A stretch of 32,000 nt of DNA. Source: Coprobacillaceae bacterium (GTDB lineage Bacteria; Bacillota_I; Bacilli_A; Erysipelotrichales; Coprobacillaceae). A model generated the notes under the pieces. The model was given only the letters and a program-made list of their open reading frames with translations, did not search any database and was not told the DNA's origin. Shown here piece by piece: positions 26,864-32,000 of this stretch. Made by a program: the position numbers and the translations under genes. The DNA lies in the NCBI GenBank assembly GCA_963675515.1, contig OY776328.1, positions 180,001-212,000 of the forward strand, written 5' to 3'. How positions within the stretch are numbered: position 1 is the first letter of the stretch; each line of letters starts with the position of its first letter.

Positions 26864-29198
26864 ATTACTAGGTAAGGACATAATATTTTTGGATGGTGCC
26901 ATGGGGACAATGGTTTTCAATAGCGGGGTGGAAGTGCCCAAGCATGTTGAAGAACTCAATGTTACCCATCCCGATGTGATTGAAAATATTCACAAACAAT
27001 ATATAGATGCAGGAAGTGATATAATTTATTCATTTACTTTTTCTGCCAATAAATACAAGTACAGTGACAGCGAATATGATGTGGTGGACCTCATAAAGAA
27101 AGGTGTTGCCAATGCAAAGGCAGTGGCTCAAGACAAGCTGGTGGCATTGGATATTGGACCAATCGGAACTTTGTTAGAGCCAAGTGGAACTTTGAAATTT
27201 GAAGAGGCTTATGACATTTTCAAGGAAGTAATAGTTGCCGGCAATGAAGCTGATTTGATCGTCTTCGAAACGATGAGCGATCTGTATGAGTTAAAGGCGG
27301 GAATCTTGGCTGCAAAAGAAAACAGTGAATTGCCTATCATGACTTCAATGACTTTTGAGCAGAATGGACGCAGTTTCACCGGTACTTCGGTCAAGGCATT
27401 TGTAACTACAGCTGAGTCGCTTGGAGTTGATGTCATTGGGGTTAATTGCTCTCTTGGACCGATAGAATTGAAAGAGATAGTAAAAGAAATATGCAGCCTA
27501 ACCAACCTTCCGGTAATGGTCAAAGCTAATGCCGGTTTGCCAAATCCACAGACTGATGAGTATGATTTGGATGTAGCGACATTCCTAAGCGCCTATCAGG
27601 ATTTTATGAAATACGGTGTCAAGGTTGTTGGCGGATGTTGCGGGACAACACCTGAATATATAAAAGCACTTCATGACAATCTGATAAGTTATGAAAAAGA
27701 TACCGTAGGGTATAAAAGCACAATTTCAAGTGGAACGGATGCCTTGGAAATAGATGGGGTAAAAGTAATTGGCGAACGGATCAATCCTACCGGCAAAAAG
27801 AGGTTTAAACAGGCATTGATAGATGAGGACATCGATTACATATTGTCTTTGGCTATTGAACAGGTTGATGCTGGAGCAAGCATACTTGATGTGAATGTCG
27901 GAACGTTGAACATTGATGAACCGGCTATGATGACCAAGGTGGTCAAGGCCATACAATCTGTCGTTGATGTTCCATTGCAAATTGACTCGTCAGACCTGAA
28001 TGCCATCGAGGCTGGATTGAGAGTTTACAATGGAAAGCCAATCGTAAACAGCGTTAACGGTGAAAAAGATAAACTTGATACAATTCTTCCGTTGGTAAAA
28101 AAATACGGAGCAAGTGTGGTAGGGCTGACAATTGATGAAAATGGGATACCTACTACAAGCGAGAAGAGAATTGCAATTGCCAAGGATATCCTCGATGCGG
28201 CATTAAGTTACGGCATAAAAAAGGAAGATGTTTATATCGACGCCTTGACGTTGACAGTGGCATCAAGCCAGTCTCAGGCTCAGGAGACATTGAAAGCCAT
28301 GAATTACATTTCCAATGTAATGGGTCTCCAACTGGTTTTAGGGGTTTCAAATATTTCGTTTGGATTGCCTAACAGGCCACTGATGAACCAGACCTTTTTG
28401 ACAGTTGCCATGACTAATGGCTTGACGTTGCCAATAATTAATCCCAACAGCAAGCTTTTGATGGACAGCGTCAACGCTTACCAGGTGATCAGCGGGAAAG
28501 ATGTCGACAGCAATCATTATATTGACAAGTACAAGGATGAAGCCCAACAGCCAATCATTAAATCGGGCGAGACAATGGATATATTTACGGCTGTCAATAA
28601 AGGTTTGGAAAATGAAGTTCACAAGGTAGTTGCTGAATTGTTGAAAGACAAGCAGGCTCTGGACATAGTGAACAATTATCTCATTCCAGCCCTGGATGTC
28701 GTTGGAAGCAATTACGAATCAGGTAAGATATTCCTGCCCCAGCTGATCAAATCGGCATCAAGCGCTTCGGCAGGATTCGAACTGATCAAGCAGCAGCTTT
28801 CGCAAAAAGATGAAGTAATCAACAGGGGTACAATAGTGTTGGCTACGGTTAAAGGCGATGTTCATGACATAGGTAAAAATATCGTAAAAGTGATATTGGA
28901 AAACTACGGTTTCAAAGTAATTGATTTGGGGAAAGATGTTGCCATAGAAGCTGTTGTTGATGCGGTTAAGAAACATGATATCAAATTGGTCGGACTTTCG
29001 GCCCTGATGACAACGACAGTAAAAAACATGGAAGAAACAATAAATGCATTAAGAGAAAATGAATTGGATTGTAAAATTATTGTCGGGGGAGCAGTATTGA
29101 CACCTGAGCATTCCAAGTTGATCGGGGCGGATTATTATGCAAGAGATGCCAAAGATGCCGTTGATATTGCAAATGAGGTGTTCGGCTATGCTGGTTAA
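26853..29198 (+). CDS. metH: cobalamin-dependent methionine synthase core (Hcy-binding, pterin-binding, B12-binding domains; no activation domain)
   Basis: GGCCGTTPEYI zinc/Hcy motif, pterin barrel (ERINPTGKK, LDVNVG) and B12 motifs GDVHDIGKNIV, SALMTTT and VGGA. GTG start overlaps the upstream gene by 11 nt. Confidence 0.92.
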   Translation: MLDRLLGKDIIFLDGAMGTMVFNSGVEVPKHVEELNVTHPDVIENIHKQYIDAGSDIIYSFTFSANKYKYSDSEYDVVDLIKKGVANAKAVAQDKLVALDIGPIGTLLEPSGTLKFEEAYDIFKEVIVAGNEADLIVFETMSDLYELKAGILAAKENSELPIMTSMTFEQNGRSFTGTSVKAFVTTAESLGVDVIGVNCSLGPIELKEIVKEICSLTNLPVMVKANAGLPNPQTDEYDLDVATFLSAYQDFMKYGVKVVGGCCGTTPEYIKALHDNLISYEKDTVGYKSTISSGTDALEIDGVKVIGERINPTGKKRFKQALIDEDIDYILSLAIEQVDAGASILDVNVGTLNIDEPAMMTKVVKAIQSVVDVPLQIDSSDLNAIEAGLRVYNGKPIVNSVNGEKDKLDTILPLVKKYGASVVGLTIDENGIPTTSEKRIAIAKDILDAALSYGIKKEDVYIDALTLTVASSQSQAQETLKAMNYISNVMGLQLVLGVSNISFGLPNRPLMNQTFLTVAMTNGLTLPIINPNSKLLMDSVNAYQVISGKDVDSNHYIDKYKDEAQQPIIKSGETMDIFTAVNKGLENEVHKVVAELLKDKQALDIVNNYLIPALDVVGSNYESGKIFLPQLIKSASSASAGFELIKQQLSQKDEVINRGTIVLATVKGDVHDIGKNIVKVILENYGFKVIDLGKDVAIEAVVDAVKKHDIKLVGLSALMTTTVKNMEETINALRENELDCKIIVGGAVLTPEHSKLIGADYYARDAKDAVDIANEVFGYAG

Positions 29199-30924
29199 AG
29201 AATATCTTAAGAACAACGTGCTCCTATTTGATGGGGCGATGGGATCATACCATAATCAGCTTTCAGTAGAGACATTCGACGATTGTGAGATTGACAATAT
29301 AAACAACCCCCAGCTTATTTCAAAAATTCACGAAGATTACCTTGAAGCCGGAGCCAAAGCCATTAAGACAAATACATTCATGGCCAATGAACTTAAATAC
29401 CCTGGAAACTACCAGGAGATCCTCAGAGCCGGTTTCGAAATTGCGAAAAAGCAGGCTGGATACTATGATGCATATGTTTTTTGTGACATCGGGCCAATTA
29501 ATGAAGATTTTGAAATGCTGAAAAATGTAGTCGACGAATTCATTGGGCTAGGTGCAAAAAATTTCATATTTGAGACATTGTCATCACAGAAACATATTGC
29601 GGATATTTCCAAACATATCAAAGATAAGGTTGAAGATTCGTTCATTATTGTATCCTTCTCGGTGAATGCCCAGGGATACAGCAATGACGGAGAATATTTT
29701 TTGGATTTGCTTGATGAATGCAACCGTTGCAAATCCATAGATAGTGTCGGTTTGAATTGTTCGACAGGTCCACGACATCTTAACTACCATCTACGCAATA
29801 TCGACAAGCACAAAAAACCGATATTTATTGGTCCCAATGCGGCATATCCGACAGTGATAGGACACCGTACATATTTCCGTTCCAATGAAGACTATTATGC
29901 CTCTGAAATGGTCGAAATAGCGAACAATGGTGCGAAGATAATAGGCGGATGTTGTGGAACAACACCAAAACATATTGAAATGATATCCAATTTATTGCCC
30001 GGGCAATACGAAAAATCAACTGAACAATTGCCAGAACAGGAGATCAAAAAGGAAGTACACAATCCCTTTATGAATAAACTCAAGTTGAAAAAGAAGGTAA
30101 TCGCAGTTGAGCTCGATTCTCCTTTGAAGGACGATATCGCAAAATTCATGGAAAGGGCCCATTTTCTTCAAAGTTTGGGAATTGATATCATGACGATTGC
30201 CGATAACCCTTTGGGGCGCGCCCGGATGGACAGTTCGCTTGTTGCATGTAAAGTCAAAAGAGAACTTGGATTGGAAGTATTACCCCACCTTACATGCCGC
30301 GATCGCAATATAAACGCGACCAAAGGATTGCTTTTGGGATTGTCAGTTGAAGATGTTCATAATGTTCTGGTGGTCACCGGCGATCCTCTGCCATCATCGA
30401 TTCGTGATGAGGTTAGATCCGTCTATGAATTCAACAGTCGGAAGATGGCGAAATATATTACCAATCTTAACCGTACCGATTTCACCAAGCCATTCAATAT
30501 TATGGGTGCTCTAAATGTCAATGCCAGAAATTTTGATGTCCAGATCAAACTTGCTAAAGAAAAAATTGAAAATGGAGTCACAGTTTTTTTGACACAGCCA
30601 GTCATGAGCGAGCAATCGCTAATCAACTTGAAAAGAGCTCATGATGAGTTGGATGCCTATGTCCTGGCGGGGATTTTGCCGATTGTTTCATATCGAAATG
30701 CCTTGTTTATTGAAAATGAAATACCTGGTATCGAAGTGAAGGAAGAAATCATCAACAGATACAAAGACAAATCAAAAGATGAAGCCACTGTGATTGCAGT
30801 AGATCTATCCAGTGATCTGATCCACCAGGTAGCGGATTATTGCGACGGATTTTATTTGATGACACCGTTTAACCGTGTAGATATTATCGAGAGGTTGATT
30901 GGAAAGATAAGGGATATAAATTAG
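29188..30924 (+). CDS. yitJ: bifunctional homocysteine S-methyltransferase / 5,10-methylenetetrahydrofolate reductase (YitJ-like)
   Basis: N-terminal half has LLFDGAMGS...GGCCGTTPKHI (HMT). C-terminal half has the MTHFR barrel (LTCRDRN, VVTGDP, FLTQPV). ATG 29188 is preferred because GAGGTG lies 7 nt upstream. It overlaps the metH end by 11 nt. Confidence 0.85.
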   Translation: MLVKEYLKNNVLLFDGAMGSYHNQLSVETFDDCEIDNINNPQLISKIHEDYLEAGAKAIKTNTFMANELKYPGNYQEILRAGFEIAKKQAGYYDAYVFCDIGPINEDFEMLKNVVDEFIGLGAKNFIFETLSSQKHIADISKHIKDKVEDSFIIVSFSVNAQGYSNDGEYFLDLLDECNRCKSIDSVGLNCSTGPRHLNYHLRNIDKHKKPIFIGPNAAYPTVIGHRTYFRSNEDYYASEMVEIANNGAKIIGGCCGTTPKHIEMISNLLPGQYEKSTEQLPEQEIKKEVHNPFMNKLKLKKKVIAVELDSPLKDDIAKFMERAHFLQSLGIDIMTIADNPLGRARMDSSLVACKVKRELGLEVLPHLTCRDRNINATKGLLLGLSVEDVHNVLVVTGDPLPSSIRDEVRSVYEFNSRKMAKYITNLNRTDFTKPFNIMGALNVNARNFDVQIKLAKEKIENGVTVFLTQPVMSEQSLINLKRAHDELDAYVLAGILPIVSYRNALFIENEIPGIEVKEEIINRYKDKSKDEATVIAVDLSSDLIHQVADYCDGFYLMTPFNRVDIIERLIGKIRDIN

Positions 30925-30942
30925 AATTAATTGTAAACAAGT

Positions 30943-30973
30943 AAAAAACCGGGCTAGGGGAGGCCGGTTTTTT
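30943..30973. terminator. intrinsic terminator after the met operon (A-run/T-run flanked)
   Basis: AAAAAACCGG-11-nt loop-CCGGTTTTTT. Confidence 0.65.
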
Positions 30974-31182
30974 AAAAATTGAAATGTAAAATACTAGGGT
31001 AATAGTTTACTAATTATTAAGGATAATTGATGATGTGATTATGGGAATTTAATTAATAAACTATTACTTTCATAATATATCAATTTAGTAACCAAATAAA
31101 GAAAATTTCATAATAGGAAAAAAATAATAATTTTCACACATAAATAATGTATTTTTATATTTTAAAAACAAATAGCTTTATA

Positions 31183-31210
31183 TTGCTCATATCATATTAA
31201 TGATTATAAT
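31183..31210 (+). promoter_or_regulatory. candidate sigmaA promoter of glmS
   Basis: TTGCTC, a 16-nt spacer, then TATAAT (31205..31210), about 30 nt upstream of the ribozyme 5' end. Confidence 0.5.
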
Positions 31211-31240
31211 AATGCTATAGTGCGAAATAATTTAATTGCA

Positions 31241-31378
31241 AGCGCCAGGACTCTAACAGAGTTGACGAGGTTTAGGCTTATCGAAATATTCGGCGGATGG
31301 TCTAAGGGCATGGTAATGTCTGATAATGTTACAAAAATAACGGGTGACCGTTGAACAAATGACATTAATTACCCGCAC
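31241..31378 (+). promoter_or_regulatory. glmS: glmS ribozyme (GlcN6P-activated self-cleaving leader RNA)
   Basis: AGCGCCAGGAC...GTTGACGAGG...TTATCGAAATATTCGGCGGATGG...GGGTGACCGTTGAACAAATGA matches the conserved core recalled from the Bacillus glmS ribozyme (AGCGCC cleavage site, GACGAGG, AUCGAA, UUCGGCGGAUG, GGGUGAC..UUGAACAAA). It lies directly upstream of glmS. Confidence 0.9.
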
Positions 31379-31403
31379 TAAAAAAATTCAAAGGAGAAGT
31401 TTT

Positions 31404-32000
31404 ATGTGTGGAATTACTGCATATGTAGGCAATGAAAATGCATTGCCATTTTTGTTGCAAGGTTTGTCAAAATTGGAGTATCGTGGTTATGATTCGGCCG
31501 GTGTGACTATTATCGACAGCGATAATAATATTAACACTTACAAGGCCAAAGGAAGAATCAAGAACCTTGAGGAGTTACTTGAGGGGAATCATGTGGAAGG
31601 AAAGATAGGAATCGGACATACCCGATGGGCGACGCATGGTGTTCCATCCAATCTCAACGCACATCCCCATACGAACAATACCAATACCATTTCTATCGTT
31701 CATAATGGAATCATCGAAAATTATCAGGAGTTGAAAAAGGATCTTATTGAAAAGGGATACCAGTTCAATTCCCAAACCGACAGTGAGGTTGTTGTGCATC
31801 TGCTTGACCATTTTTATAATGGCGATATGCATGCGGCACTGAAAAAAGTGATTGAAATGATAGAAGGATCTTATGCCCTTTGTATTGTTCACAACGACAA
31901 CCCGGATGTTATTTACATAACAAAAAAGGACAGTCCGATCGTTTTGGGAAGAACCCAGACAGCCTCTTTGGCAGGTTCGGATATTCCGGCTATTTTAGAT
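31404..32000 (+). CDS. glmS: glutamine--fructose-6-phosphate aminotransferase; 5' part only (window edge)
   Basis: Absent from the ORF track because it is open-ended. My translation is MCGITAYVGNENALPFLLQGLSKLEYRGYDSAGV...GIGHTRWATHG...HNGIIENY, the Ntn amidotransferase N-terminus with catalytic Cys2. GGAG RBS. Confidence 0.95.
   Translation, partial: MCGITAYVGNENALPFLLQGLSKLEYRGYDSAGVTIIDSDNNINTYKAKGRIKNLEELLEGNHVEGKIGIGHTRWATHGVPSNLNAHPHTNNTNTISIVHNGIIENYQELKKDLIEKGYQFNSQTDSEVVVHLLDHFYNGDMHAALKKVIEMIEGSYALCIVHNDNPDVIYITKKDSPIVLGRTQTASLAGSDIPAILD

Noticed and set aside
31575-31892. 105-aa minus-strand ORF near the window end
   Set aside because: It is antisense to the unmistakable glmS N-terminal domain, with no independent support.

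Overview
This window is the chromosomal replication-origin neighbourhood of a low-GC Bacillota-type bacterium. It uses the standard genetic code: all conserved genes are intact with TGA read as stop. Coding strand switches at about 4.5-5.4 kb. To the left, mnmE, jag/khpB, yidC, rnpA and rpmH lie on the minus strand, with one plus-strand oxidoreductase inserted. To the right, everything lies on the plus strand: dnaA, dnaN, yaaA, recF, gyrB, gyrA; a small accessory trio (HAD phosphatase, MFS transporter, acyl-ACP thioesterase); serS with a coupled GNAT; a minimal SRP RNA; tadA, dnaX, recR, tmk, holB, ricT/yaaT, a tRNA m6A-type methyltransferase and rsmI; a three-gene methionine-synthase operon (separate MetH reactivation domain, MetH core, YitJ-like HMT-MTHFR fusion); and the glmS ribozyme with the 5' part of glmS. 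Two window-edge genes (mnmE, glmS) and rpmH are missing from the supplied ORF track and were found by reading the sequence. I see no mobile element, CRISPR array, prophage, toxin-antitoxin pair, defence island or biosynthetic cluster, and I cannot honestly point to a convincing novel multi-gene system. The non-obvious content is mostly cis-acting:
- a bipartite oriC built from a repeated 16-mer double DnaA-box unit and a shared 13-mer
- two perfect parS sites
- a Noc-site-like palindrome
- a long hairpin upstream of the glmS ribozyme
There are also a few gene-content oddities:
- SerS appears archaeal/eukaryal-like, has no T-box leader, and is translationally coupled to a GNAT
- the met operon has no riboswitch
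- ybaB, yabA and darA are absent from their usual slots
All functional calls rest on motif recognition and recalled synteny, not on database searches.
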